Assembly: GCF_009914755.1 (NCBI RefSeq)
Contig: NC_060929.1
Source: the human T2T-CHM13v2.0 reference genome, Homo sapiens
Reading direction: 5' to 3' (one strand)
DNA: 64,000 bases
Positions 1-12,349 of the stretch are shown piece by piece. Both the position numbers and the translations under genes were made by a program. The notes beneath the pieces are model-generated. The model saw only the letters and a program-made list of their open reading frames with translations. It was not told the DNA's origin and did not search any database. The number at the start of each line of letters is the position of its first letter. Within the stretch, counting starts at the first letter, position 1.

Positions 1-129
1 TTGGAGAAACCCTTCTCCCCAACTCCAGCTCCCCAAATTCTGTGATGGTATTGAGGAGGGCCACCCTCTGACTGTGCAGCTAATGAGAAGTAAGATACAT
101 GGATAGGAATTTGTTGCTAGAATCATGCT

Positions 130-285
130 TCCCATAGCTGGCTATGCATCAGAGTTTGCTGTGGTGAACAAAAAAAAATACAGGTTCCTCTATTCAGAGA
201 CTGTGATTTGAATCAGGGCTTGGCTGGAGCCTGCAAACTTGTGTATCTAACATTCTTCTTAGTTGATTCTGAAGCAGCCAGCCTG
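130..285. mobile_element. MER5-like hAT-Charlie DNA transposon fragment
   Basis: gcatcaga...aaaatacaggttcc...tgattctgaagcagcc resembles the MER5A/B consensus. Confidence 0.5.
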
Positions 286-309
286 ACGCATGTCCCCGGA
301 TTGCTGGCC

Positions 310-425
310 TGGGATACTGGACTTGATATAAGAGAACTTTGCTTCAAACCCTGGACTCTGGCTCCTACTGCCGTGGGATCCCTAAGTCTTAGTTTCCCCA
401 TCTGTACAAATGGGAAGGAAGTGTT
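310..425 (+). mobile_element. MIR fragment
   Basis: MIR core cttagtttccccatctgtacaaatggg. Confidence 0.6.
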
Positions 426-1765
426 AACATAATTATTTTAAAAAATGCCTGGCCTGTCCCGGGGATCCAGTGAGCATCAGCTTCCTTCCTACATTCTGGA
501 AATAATGTATTCCGATTGTGATTCAGGGGTCGCCTGCCAACAAAGTGAAAGTGTTTCCTAAACGTTGTTAGAAAGCCAATAGTTTAAAATATAAAATAAT
601 TAGCTGTAAATTGGGAAATTTTTCACTCAGATTGGAAATACATTAGAATAAAAAGGGTAACTATCTTTCCATATCAATCTCAGAGGAGGTGTTTGTCAGT
701 GGATCACCAGAATTGTTTTGGGGATGAAGCTCTGATAGCACAGCGTTTTGCTTCTTCCTTTTGTTCCTCTGTCTACTGGAACAAGTTACATAAGTCAACC
801 ACATTTTTAGAACCAGATATAAACACCCAAATGTCAGATACTCTGACAACATGACTGAACATCACCTCCATTTGGGATGGAAAGCTTCCTATCTACAGAC
901 CATCCAACACTTGTTGGTTACATTATGTAAATATACCCCCAGGAAGACTTCTAATTGTACTTTGGTTTCTGGAGTGGGCTCTCCTACTAGAAAGAAAATG
1001 TCAAAAGCAGCCTACAGGAATATTCTAGTGTAAACTATTTGTCATTTTAAGTCTAAAGATTCTGTTCTAGTTTATCACCTTAATCTCTTTTTGAGTTTGG
1101 TTATCCTGAATCAATTTGTACTTGTTAGTTCTGGAGAAACTGATAAAAGTCATGGTTCAGCATCGCCAGAAAGCATCTCTTGTTAGCACTTATAATTTGA
1201 ATTATATGGGGTAATAATTTATGTAATGTCTGTCCCACTAGAGAGGAAGCTTCATGTGGGTAGAGCATTACATATTTCTCTCTTGTTAACTGCTCTATCA
1301 CCAGCAGCAAGTAGTGTTTGATATATGATGAAGATTTGATAAACATTTATGAAATGAATGGAGGAGTCCAGGTCCACACTCATTAGCAGAAATGAAAGCA
1401 ACCATGAGCTGAAGCCACACAGTTGACTCTTTTACTGAGGCACTGAAAGAAGTTGAGGTATCAGAGAAATGGGGTGTGTGATGGTGGTTATCACAGGCAG
1501 GATAGATGAGTGTCTCCGGCTAGCTAACTGGATCAAGTGTTTGTTTTAAACTTTTTGTAATATGGTGCATGTTAGATAGCATTCTTAAAATGTTGGGGTA
1601 ACTGTAAGATTGTTTGCCTTTAATATCTTACTGGATTCCTAGTAGTAGACTTAAAAAATTACAAACTTTTCTTCTGCCTCATTAGTATTGGAGTAAATTT
1701 ATCAATGTATAGTACTATATGTATCAGTTTGGCATAGGTACTTTTTGTTCAGTTCTAGAGATCAT

Positions 1766-2052
1766 CTTTTTTTTATTTTACTTTAAGTTCTTGGATACGT
1801 GTGCAGAACATGCAGGTTTGTTGCATAGGTATACATGTGCCATGGTAATTTGCTGTACCTATCAACCCGTCATCTAGGTTTTTTTTTTTTTTTTTTTTTT
1901 TTGAGACGGAGTCTCACTCTTTCGCCCAAGCTGGACTGCAGTGACGCTATCCCGGCTCACTGCAAGCTCCGCCTCTTGGGTTCATGCCATTCTCCTGCCT
2001 CAGCCGTCATCTAGGTTTTAAGCCCCTCATGCATCAGGTATTTGCCCTAATG
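1766..2052 (-). mobile_element. 5'-truncated L1PA-type 3' end, interrupted by an Alu
   Basis: ttttactttaagttc...gcagaacatgcaggtttgttgcataggtatacatgtgccatgg is the antisense L1PA 3'UTR; it resumes after the Alu as aagcccctcatgcatcagg. Confidence 0.85.
1879..2005 (-). mobile_element. 5'-truncated AluY-type element (part of right arm) with 16-bp TSD
   Basis: Poly(T) followed by gagacggagtctcactc...cctcagcc; TSD ccgtcatctaggtttt at 1867-1882 and 2004-2019. Confidence 0.9.
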
Positions 2053-4421
2053 GAGAGCATCTCTTTACATGAGTTATTTTTCCGTTAGAATATTGTATAC
2101 ATATAGCCCCCATATGGCCATGCATAGGAGATGAGAACTTAAAAAGTTAAAATGTGTTTCCCATAAAATGCTTTATGGTACCCTGAGCTTTAGAAATGAA
2201 TCCAGTGCTGTCGCTGTAGGAAGATGACACATTTACGATTTAATTGTTATATCAATAACAATTAGTCAGCTTATCTGTTCACTGGGGTATTTCTTTTTTA
2301 ACCATAAAGTAGCTTGAATACCATGACATCAAGCATGGGTGGCCAGTTCAACATCAATGAAACACTTTCTTAAACTCTTTTTTTCTTCTGCTAAATCCTA
2401 CTTAACAGTTCAGTGCATCTCCCCAGGCAAAAACAATTAGTATTTGTTTAGTTAAATATGCTCCTAGAATGTGAACCAATTTCCCTGGCATGGCCTTCTA
2501 GGTATCAGCCTTAAAATGTTGCCTGAAACATCAAATATTTATTATAGCAAACTTAAAATGAAGTGTGGTTGAATCTTAAGAAATAGATCCCTTTGCTTTA
2601 CCCCAGACTGACTGAAACATACTTGTGTTCTTAGTGGGTCACTTTTCAGACACAGCTAAGGAGGAAGAGTTGTTCTGCTCAGACCTTTGACCAGATGATA
2701 AATAAGCCTGGGCCTTAGTTTTGATCTGTGGAGATGTTAATTTGCCACGATAAATCACTGTTGAGTTTCCTTGAATAAGGGGCCACAGTATCCATTCTCT
2801 TTCTGGATAAGATATTAATTCAGTTTAATTTGAAATGTTAATGCTTGGTTTGAAGATTTACCTAAGGAAAAATGTAGGCTTCCAAAGGGTGTAGTTATGC
2901 AGGATAGGTTTCTGAGCCTTTTGCTGAACAATTTCATAGTAAGGCTGTTCAAATTTAATTATTTTCACAGTGACTCTTTTCCATACTCTTTTTGTACAAG
3001 TTTTATTACACTATGGCTTTTTCTTTCTAAAACATAACATGGTGAATGTTTGTATTAAATACAGAATATTTGGATCATCCACTAGAAATTCGGGAGACTC
3101 TGCTTCTCTGATGAATTGAGGCTGTTTTTAAGGAATGGTGCTGTAAGGCTTTGGAAGAACCGTTTACAAGCAAAACATTGGCAGAGTTTTAATTTTATTT
3201 AATGACCTGCTTCCTACCAGTGATCTCGGCACCCTGTGCAATGATTTGCAATCAATTAATCATACAGAATGAATGTTGTAACACTGCAATAAGGGCATTG
3301 CACTCTAAGAGTCTCATAAATCCACCAGAAACAAAAAAACAGGAATTGCATGCTCAAAGACTTCCTCATGCAAAACCCCAGATGAAAAGGTGATTTTATG
3401 TTCTGTTTTCTAAAGTGTCCTCAGAAGCCTTAAGACTTTCTTGTGGATTCTGAGTTTTGAAGTTTCCATTTCTCAAAGACTGTTTGGCCCTTTACTGGGC
3501 TGTCATCATAGGATTCTATAAGTTTTCGCCTCATTCGGTTTAGTCACTGATCATTTAGATGGGGAATTCTTGATTCTGAATTACCAAGAGAAGCCCATGG
3601 CTTTGTGTTTTCCTCTGAATTTAGGGCAGTCACTTTCAACTGCAAGAGGCCATATTTTGGGGAGCCTTTGTAGAAATGATTCAGAAAGGAGACATGTTTC
3701 CATCCTGGGAATACACTGACATTTGCTAGAGGCAGATGGCAGAAGATAGGATAGCGTGACATCAGAAGTCAAGGAGCCTTCACATACTTGGCTTTGCCGA
3801 AAGCTTCTGGAATCTGCGTGTTCAGGATCTTAAGCTTGTGTGCTTGTCATTTCAGATGTGCCCTTGCAGTTAACTGTTTAACTATGATGGATTTTTTTTT
3901 CTAATTTTAGCATAGTAAATATAGAGCTATTAAACATTCTTAAAATTATATAAGCCTAAACCCTTGGATGTGTGTATATTGTGTTGTCTTTATTCATTTT
4001 CATATGGTTCTGTTTTTGGAATGTTCTTATAACAAGAACATGGAAGTTTAATATATATTCCATCTGACTAAAACTGAACCCTCTTTAAAGAAACTAAAGG
4101 TTTTCAAAGCTGTTTTACTTCCAATGAGTAGTTTAAACTTCTAGTTCATGATGGATTTATTCCTATCAAAAAGTTGTACTATTTTTGATTACTTGTTAAT
4201 GTATCCAGATTGGCATGTTAGACACAAGTAGAGCACATCCTGTATTTTTAGATGCTTGATGCTTCTGTTCAGCATAAGCCCTGAAAAATACCAAGTTTTG
4301 CAAATGCAAAGTACTTTTCATTGGCATGGAAATTGGAGGGAAAAAACACAATGAATATTTTGGCCAAAATGTGATGGTCTGTTAGTCAGCATCTGGTAAT
4401 GCGGCCATATTTTGCATTCAG

Positions 4422-4499
4422 GCTCCAGTATGACAAAGTGCAGTTGTACGTTGACATCTCCCCCGGGACTGTGGACTGGAACCACATCTACTTTGAAAG
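4422..4499 (+). CDS. ARHGEF28: Internal (probably alternative cassette) coding exon, 78 nt, phase 1/1, encoding GSSMTKCSCTLTSPPGLWTGTTSTLK
   Basis: Acceptor ttttgcattcag|G and donor AAG|gtaata. The exon is 78 nt, has no stop, and splices in frame to the terminal exon (G|AT = Asp). Its 26 aa match my recollection of the length difference between the two long ARHGEF28 isoforms (recalled, needs checking). Confidence 0.75.
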
Positions 4500-5597
4500 G
4501 TAATACTGCAAGGGGGGTGCTTAGCCTTCTTTTAGGGTACTCCACTCAACTACCTACATAATTTGGTTTTTAAAATGTTTTGGTTTATGCTAAACAAGCA
4601 GTCTGAGATAAAGCATGGTAAAAAAAAATCAAATACTAAATTTGTCTTTATGAGCTCCCTTTCTCTGATGAGCTGGCTATGAGTCCGTTACCTTCATGAA
4701 TATGGAGCAAAAAGCCTAAATCTGAACTCTGTCGGCTGGAAGCGAACAAAGTACTGGGAAAAATTACATCAAAGTATGCTACTGGTAGAAGTTATCGTTG
4801 GTCTTGGCAAGACTACAGAGGGTTTTTTTCAAATGCTGCTGCCCAGTAAATTAAAATATTTTCTCTTTGTATTTGTCAGGTAAGAGATACAGATATATAG
4901 GTAAGATGAATATATTTGTCAGGTTCAATCTCTTGCCTACTATGATAGCCAGTCCCTTCACCCCCTCTACCATAGGATAGACACACAATTGAATTCTTCT
5001 TTGTCTAAAACAAGGTGGGCTTAAGGTAAAACATTGATCTTCTCAAACAAACTTACAGGACTTCTGGTGGTGACTATTTTCAGTTTCTTTAGAGAGACTG
5101 TTGGCTAACTTTGAGGATGTATGGTTCAGGAAAGTTTCAGAAAATATGTTGCATGAAGGGATAATTAAATGACTGAGTTAACACTAACCCAGAAAAAAAC
5201 ACTAGGGTTGAAACAAACCCTAGCTTCTTCTGGTCAAAAATGATGTTGCTTAGCAATAGACTCTAAAATGCTTTATCCAATTTATTTTATTTATTGAGAC
5301 ATAATTTACATAGAGTGAAATGCTTAGCAATATCATTTTTGACCAGAATGACCAAGAACTGAATCAGACCAGACATGTTCCTGTGAGGAACTGCCATTCA
5401 GGATGAAAAAATAATGAATCCAACCCCCATTGCCTGCAGCCAAGTTTCGGTAAATGTTGACTGAAAACACACTTTTCCAATGTAATGAGCCTTATGTACA
5501 TTTATTGATACTTCACTATTAAGTGAGGGACCTGAGTGAAGAAAAGAATGGATGAACACATCAAGTGCACTTTATTTATACTGAACAATGGAGATGA

Positions 5598-5850
5598 CAG
5601 GCTGGCATAGTGATTAAGATGGAAGGCTTGGGAATTATGCCTAGGTTCAGATTCCAGCTCAGTCATTTATTATCTATGAAATTTTAAGCAGGTGTTTAAA
5701 CTTACTTGGTGTCTCAGTTTCCTCATCTCTACAGTTGGATTTCTGATAGTATCTACTTTGGAGGTGGTATGATGATTACATAAAACAATGTGTGTACAAC
5801 TCTTAGACCTTTGTGAGCACTTAATAAACACTACTGTTATCACTGTTACT
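5598..5850 (+). mobile_element. MIR
   Basis: ggttcagattccagctc...gtctcagtttcctcatctctac...cacttaataaac. Confidence 0.75.
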
Positions 5851-6820
5851 ATTATATCTTGTGGTGAGAAAGGAGTACATGATTAGGAAGTGCATTTGGT
5901 GCATTCGAGCCACTGGGCTGCTTCTAAAGTGGTTGCTCTGGGGACCAGAGAGACTTGTTATGCCTCATTTGGGTATCACATGAATCAGCACACCTCAAAA
6001 ATTATTCCACAGTTTGGATGTTAGTATTAGGTATTATATAAGAATTTCCCATAATCAAATAATATTGAGAAATGCTGATTTTTGGGAAGGCACAACTTTT
6101 CCCAAACTTCTACTGTGCTCCTGTGCACTGTGAATCTGCAGAATTGGCCCTTCCCAAACCCTTTCAACCACAGCATCCTCCTCTGGAGGCCAGCATCTTG
6201 CAAGACTACTTATTCCTTGAAATACACTGTGGAAAAAACACTGATGTCAGGGGATATTGAAATAAACTCACTGCATGCGGCATACCCTTCAAAGACATTT
6301 TTCCTCCCTTTGGAACAGTTGAAATTCAAATGACATATCTTAGCATGATTTGCCACATGGGTTGTGTTTTGAAACCCAAATCTAACACAACAAATTTCAG
6401 ATAGAGCTTTGTTTAGCCCCCAGGCCAGTTTTTGGTCCCGTGGATAAGGGTTGGTATCCAGACCTCTTAGAGCTTTTCTGCATCAGCTTTCCAGGGCTTA
6501 TTCAAACCCTCCATGTGCTGGAAGTCCCTCACCCTTTATGAGGCACAGGAGGCGATACGCTTGCATCTCGATCTCTCAGCCTCGGCTCATGCTGTTCTCT
6601 CCTTTCTCATCCTGTGTTCCAGCCATAGGAATTCTGTTCATTGTGTGGAAGGCTACGCACCCCCACATCCCCAACCTTTTGTACATGTGTTTCCTCTATC
6701 GAGAATATTCTCTCCTCCACCTTTTACTCTCAACCTGATGACCCCATACTTAATCTTTCAGGACTTGGCTCCAGGGCCACGTGCTTCCACAGTATTTTCT
6801 CACTTGTTTGCTTTATGCAG

Positions 6821-7365
6821 TTTATTTATTGAGACATAATTTACATAGGGGGAAATGCTCAGATACTGTCTACTGTCCAGTCAGTTTTGTGGGAAGAATA
6901 TCAAGGCACAGAGCACTCTGTCACCCTAGAAAGTTCCCATATGCCCCTTTCCAGTCAACCCCTCCCCTTCAAAGCAGCGACTCCTCTGCAATCCATCACC
7001 ATGGGTGAATTTCGCTGATTCTAGAATGGAATGGAATGGAACACTTTGTGCCTTTTGGGGCCTAGCTTTTTTCACTCAGCATATTATTTTTGAGAGGCAA
7101 CCATGTTGTTGCATGAGCCCATAGTTGGTTCCCTTGTATTGTGTTTCATTGATGAATATTCCAAAGTTTACTTATCCCTTCCTTGTTGATGGACATCTGG
7201 CTTATTTCTAATTTTTGGCCAGTCTGAATAAAGCTGCTATAAACATTCTTGTACAGGATTTTGTGAATTATGTTTATATTTCTCTTGGATTAATACTTAG
7301 GAGAATTGCTACTAGGATAGGTGTCTGTTTAACTTTCAAGAAACTGTGCAACAGCTTTATACTGT
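6821..7365 (-). mobile_element. Old L1 (L1MB/L1MC-type) 3' region
   Basis: tttattgagacataatttacata...gttgatggacatctgg...aataaagctgctataaacattcttgtac are typical antisense L1M 3'UTR motifs. Confidence 0.75.
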
Positions 7366-7389
7366 GAAATAGTGATTGTCCTGACTACA

Positions 7390-7500
7390 AACCTCCATGG
7401 TGCTGAGACCAGGTTTTGTTCAACGTGATTTTCCTGGTGTCCAGCCCAGGGCAGGGCACATGCTAGACATTCAGTGTTTATTGAAGAATGAATGAATAAG
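7390..7500 (+). mobile_element. L2 3' end
   Basis: ggcacatgctagacattcagtgtttattgaagaatgaatgaat L2 tail. Confidence 0.7.
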
Positions 7501-8413
7501 AAGTTCAAATCAGTTTTCATTCTGACATCTCTACTACTAACTGAGAAAAAATGAATGCTCTGTCCATCAAGGAGATGGAAATTTTATTGGCTAAATGTGG
7601 GCTGATTATAGGCAGGCAAAAACAAGAGAGACATAGCTTCCTTCTTACTGTGCTCTTGGACTTGCCTCTCTCGTTTCAGGGTGGCAGCATGTGCAGGTAA
7701 AATCAGGTGTGCAAGTTGACACAGGCCATAGAAGGGTCCTGATCACCAGTATAGCTGAGCTCACCTCCTGCAGTTAAATCTCCCAACACTCCCATTCAAG
7801 ACCCTCCCAAACCTCCTTTTTCATCCCCCCCTACCCTTTGGTTCACCTGCACAAATACATGTTTCAGCCAAACTTGACAACTCTCCCTACTTTGTGACAT
7901 CTTGCATTCTCTCCCCTTTGCAATGGCCACAGACTCCACCCAGAAGGCCTGCCACATGCAGCCACAGCCATCTCTTTCTGTGGACACCCTGGGCAGCTTT
8001 CAAGGCTCAGTTCATGTGCTTTCTCCTCTCTGAAGTGTTCCTTGGCCACCACATCTGGAAGCTTGCTCTCTTTGGAGAGTCTTTGAGATGGTGTCCACCT
8101 GTGGACAATGTTCATTAGCCACTTAGCAGGATATTCTGCTTTTATTCTACTTGTCTGTGTATTTCTGCTCTGTGAGGTAATAGGCTTCTTAAGGGACACG
8201 TATGTAGTGGCCCTCAGCAGTCTGATAGGAGCTGAGGCTGCTGGCCACTAAGTAGCTGATGCTAGTCTTCATGATCCTTGCTCTTGATGGCCGATTCCAT
8301 TAAAGAGGAGTTAATTACATGGTAATGCCATAGCTCCTTCTTAAGAGGAGGCTTTAGTACAAACTTGGGAATTCATGTCACCTGGTGGACAATTGAAAGG
8401 CAGCTGCTTTCTT

Positions 8414-8710
8414 GGCCAGGTGCAGTGGCTCATGCCTATAACCTCAACACTTTGGGAGGCTGATGTGGAAGGATTGCTTGAGCCCAGGAGTTCAAGACCA
8501 GCTTGGGCAACATAGCGAGAGCCCATCACTAAAAAAAAAAATAAAAATAAAAAATAAAAAACTTAGCCAGGCATGGCGGAGTGCACCTATAGTCTTAGCT
8601 ACTTGGGGGGCTGAGGCAGGAGGATCACATGAGCCTGGGAGGCTGCAGTAAGCTGTGGTCATACCACTGCACTCCAGTTTTTGTGACAAAACAAGACTGT
8701 CTTAAAAAAA
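8414..8710 (+). mobile_element. AluJ-type element
   Basis: Dimeric Alu with J diagnostics (ggattgcttgagcccaggagttcaagaccagc) and an expanded A-rich linker. Confidence 0.9.
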
Positions 8711-8876
8711 CCTTTCTTTAGGATCCAGTGCTAGTCACAGGTCAGATGTTGTCAGGAAGCACAGATATCAAAAGCTAGATTATTGCTATATATCATTTGT
8801 ATGCACAAAACAATTTAAAGTCATCTCCCATAGGGAAAGATGGCTCCAAGGAGTAAAGGAATAGAGCAATTTATCA

Positions 8877-8992
8877 TGAGACTGGGTCTTAGTAGGTTGC
8901 CCAGGCTGGCCTGAGACTCCTGGGTTCAAGTGATCCCCCTGCCTCAGCCTCCTCAGTAGCTGGGACTATAGGCACGAGCCACAACATCTGGC
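8877..8992 (-). mobile_element. Free Alu monomer (FLAM-like), no visible A tail
   Basis: gagactgggtct...gttgcccaggctgg...gcctcagcctcc...gagccacaacatctggc. Confidence 0.8.
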
Positions 8993-9479
8993 TTTATGTT
9001 CTCTTTTGATTGCTGTTTTGGTACTTTAAGGGCCTAATTTTTCTTCTGTTTTACAAACTGCCTAATTTTATAATTGTATAATTCCTAAAAATGTTTAAGT
9101 TTAATTTCTAGAAATATGGAAGAGGGACCTTTATTCTTATAACAAACTTAAATGTAAAAAGAACACCTGAGGGTATTCATATCTGCACTAAACGAAACAC
9201 AGTCTATATGTTAGGTTGTACTTTTAAGATTATAATCATTTACGAGTGACAAACGCAAGGCTGTGGCTGTGGTTCGGAAAGATGTTTCAGGGTTTGGTTT
9301 CTTAGCAGATGTCATTTCAAACAAATAAGAATTAAAAAAATAATGTTTTTCATTTTTAAAAGGAAAAAAGTTTTATGTTTTCCTGAATACTGTGAATATC
9401 AATTTCTCAAACCAGAATAGGTATGTAAGTTCTTTGACATCTCATAATTTTGTAGTTGATAAAGAGGAAAAAACAATCA

Positions 9480-9787
<308 letters not shown>

Positions 9788-10262
9788 GAATTGGTTGCCA
9801 ATTTTTAAGAAGTCTGGTAATAACATAATTATTAAGAAGCAGGTAGAACTAATTAGCTTGGGTGTGTTAGGTTTAATTGCTTGCCTTCTTCTCTGGCTCA
9901 AAGAAAAACATTGCATCTTGTATGCTTAAGAATTTTAACAGCTGTTTTTCCCTCTACTGAACCAGTAAGAAGTAAATGCAGCATTAAAATTCCTAGGTTG
10001 ATTTCCTGCCTTACTCAGCTGGCAGAGAAATGAATTTGATTTTTCTTCTCTCAGCAAAATGAGAGGCATAACTCTTTTAGTGTGGGTAGGGTTGTGAGGC
10101 AGGCCGCTCCCCAGAAAGTTGGCTTTTTTGCCAAGGTACTTAGAAGTCCCTGGTCTCTAGAGCCTTAAGAGGAATTCAGAGTCATGAAAATACTACCCTA
10201 TTCTTGAGGTTGATGACCTGTATGTCATTTAATTCAGCGCGCTCAGAAAAAGTTCTGACTTC

Positions 10263-10398
10263 TTTTTATTTATTTATTTATTTATTTTGAGACGGAGTCT
10301 CGCTCTGTCACCCATGCTGGAGTGTAGCGGTGTGATCTCAGCTCACTGCAAGATCCGCCTCCCAGGTTCATGCCATTCTCCTGCCTCAGCCTCCTGAG
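10263..10398 (-). mobile_element. 5'-truncated AluY-type element (part of right arm) with degenerate 17-bp TSD
   Basis: (TTTA)n tail and gagacggagtctcgctc...cctcagcctcctgag; TSD aaaagttctgacttctt (10248-10264) / aaaagttcctacttctt (10399-10415). Confidence 0.9.
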
Positions 10399-10489
10399 AA
10401 AAGTTCCTACTTCTTAACAGAGACTCCAAGATTGACTATCTTAATTTGTTTTGATTATTTACAAATTGACTTTGACATATTTCTTGTCT

Positions 10490-11750
10490 ACCTGATTGTA
10501 TTATGGACAATTTTAAACATATACAAAATTATAATATAATAGCCACTCATGTTCTGATCACTCAACTTCAGAAAATCAGGAACTTATGCCTAATTGTGTT
10601 TCTTCTAGACTCCTACCCCCAATACATACTGTATTATTTTGAAGCGGATCTTAAACAGTATCTATAAGTATTTATTCATCCATAAGCATTTCAGTATTTG
10701 TCTCTAAAAGATAAGGCTCTCTTTTTAAAATCATTATCACACCTAAGAAAAAGTTAATAATTCCATAATATCAACATATAGTCATATGTTTAGATTGCCA
10801 GTTGTTTCACAAATGTTATGTGTGTGTATACTTTTCACAGTTTATTTTTGACTCAGGATCCAAATAAAACCACACAATTGTGTGCAGTAGTTTAATACAT
10901 TCTTTAATATGAAAGTTTTAATCGTGAATATTTTTAAAGTATAGAAATTATGTATTAGGCATGCAATTAACAAATGTTTCCATTTTGCCATATTTATTTC
11001 AGATCTTTGCCTTTTTGCTTTTTTAGAGAAATAAAATGTTACAGATATTGCTAAAGGCCCTTACCCATATCTTTTCCTTTGTTTTTCCTACTTAGGGTTA
11101 GCAAATATCTTAAAGTTGGTGGATATGATTTCCACAGTATGTGTCTGTGTTACCGCTACATTTTTATAATGCTACATATTTATATCTAAAAACAAAATAT
11201 CATAATTTTTTGTTTTTAACGCTTATATAGCTATTTAAATATATATGTACTTTCTGCAACTTGGTTTTTTTCATATTCATACATGCGACACAAATTGCTC
11301 ATTTTAAACTGCTATATTTCACTTTAATGAAAAAATTTTAGTATATTTATTACTAAGGAGCATTTACGGGATCTTACCAATTTTTTCCTATTAGAAGTGG
11401 AGAGCAGTAAACATCTTTTTATGCACATCTCCTTAGTCACATGAATGAGAGTTTATTTCAAGTATAACACCTAGAAGTGGTAAGGATGTCTTCACTGTTG
11501 CCAGCGATGATTGATTTTGCTCCAAAGTTGTTGTACAATATAACTATCAGCAGCAAGATATGAGAACTCCAGTTCCCCCAGATCTTACCCAGCTCATAGC
11601 ATTGTTAGGCTTCTAAAATTTGCCCATATGCTGGGCATGAAATGGTAACTTGTTCTTTCATACTTTTCTGATTACCAATGAGATTTAATATCATTTCATT
11701 TTTATTGGCTGTTTAGGTTCCTCCTTCTGTGAATTTCCTGTTCATAAAAG
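10490..11750 (-). mobile_element. Degraded L1M fragments (several pieces)
   Basis: Motifs such as tattattttgaagc, tctctaaaagataagg, acctagaagtgg and tttctgattaccaatgag match the old L1MC/ME 3' region. Confidence 0.6.
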
Positions 11751-12349
11751 TTTTTTCTGACTCACAGCAGATTTTGGAGTTTCAAATGTGTTCACTCTTA
11801 ATTATATAGACAAGTTAATTCTTTTGGGATAGCTTTAATAGATTTTGTACTTTGAGTGGTTTTCAGAGAAATCATGTTTACAATGACACGTGAACACTTT
11901 AAGATTCGAAAAGGACATTCGTGAGAACTAAGCTCTTTCTAGGTGGAGAAAACTCAACTGCAAGTGCAGAAACTACTCAAAATGTGATTGACTATGCTGT
12001 TCCATCCTACTGAGACTAACCATCTGCCTTGTTTTTTATTTGCATACCTTCTCCCTTACTCCTTGCTATGTTTTCCTCCAAAGCTCCTATGCCTCTCTCA
12101 ACTTATCAGTGTTATTTTACACATACTCAATATAGTCAACATCTATCCGCTTCATTTTCTTTCCTGGAAGTTTTGCCTTTAGGGTCCTCTGTACTTCTGT
12201 TCCAATATGGACTTGTTGCTCTCCAGGCCTGCTCTGCGTGGTCACCCAGGGCCATCCCTTCTCTCTCCTGTGTTGAAACCTCTGTGCCCTCAGTCTCATG
12301 CTTCCCCTTTATAGTATTTTCCTTTATTTGGTTGGACATATCTCCAGGC

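Noticed and set aside
4668-4775. Exon-looking open stretch ending at a possible donor AAA|gtatgc
   Set aside because: No convincing upstream acceptor and no recognisable peptide.
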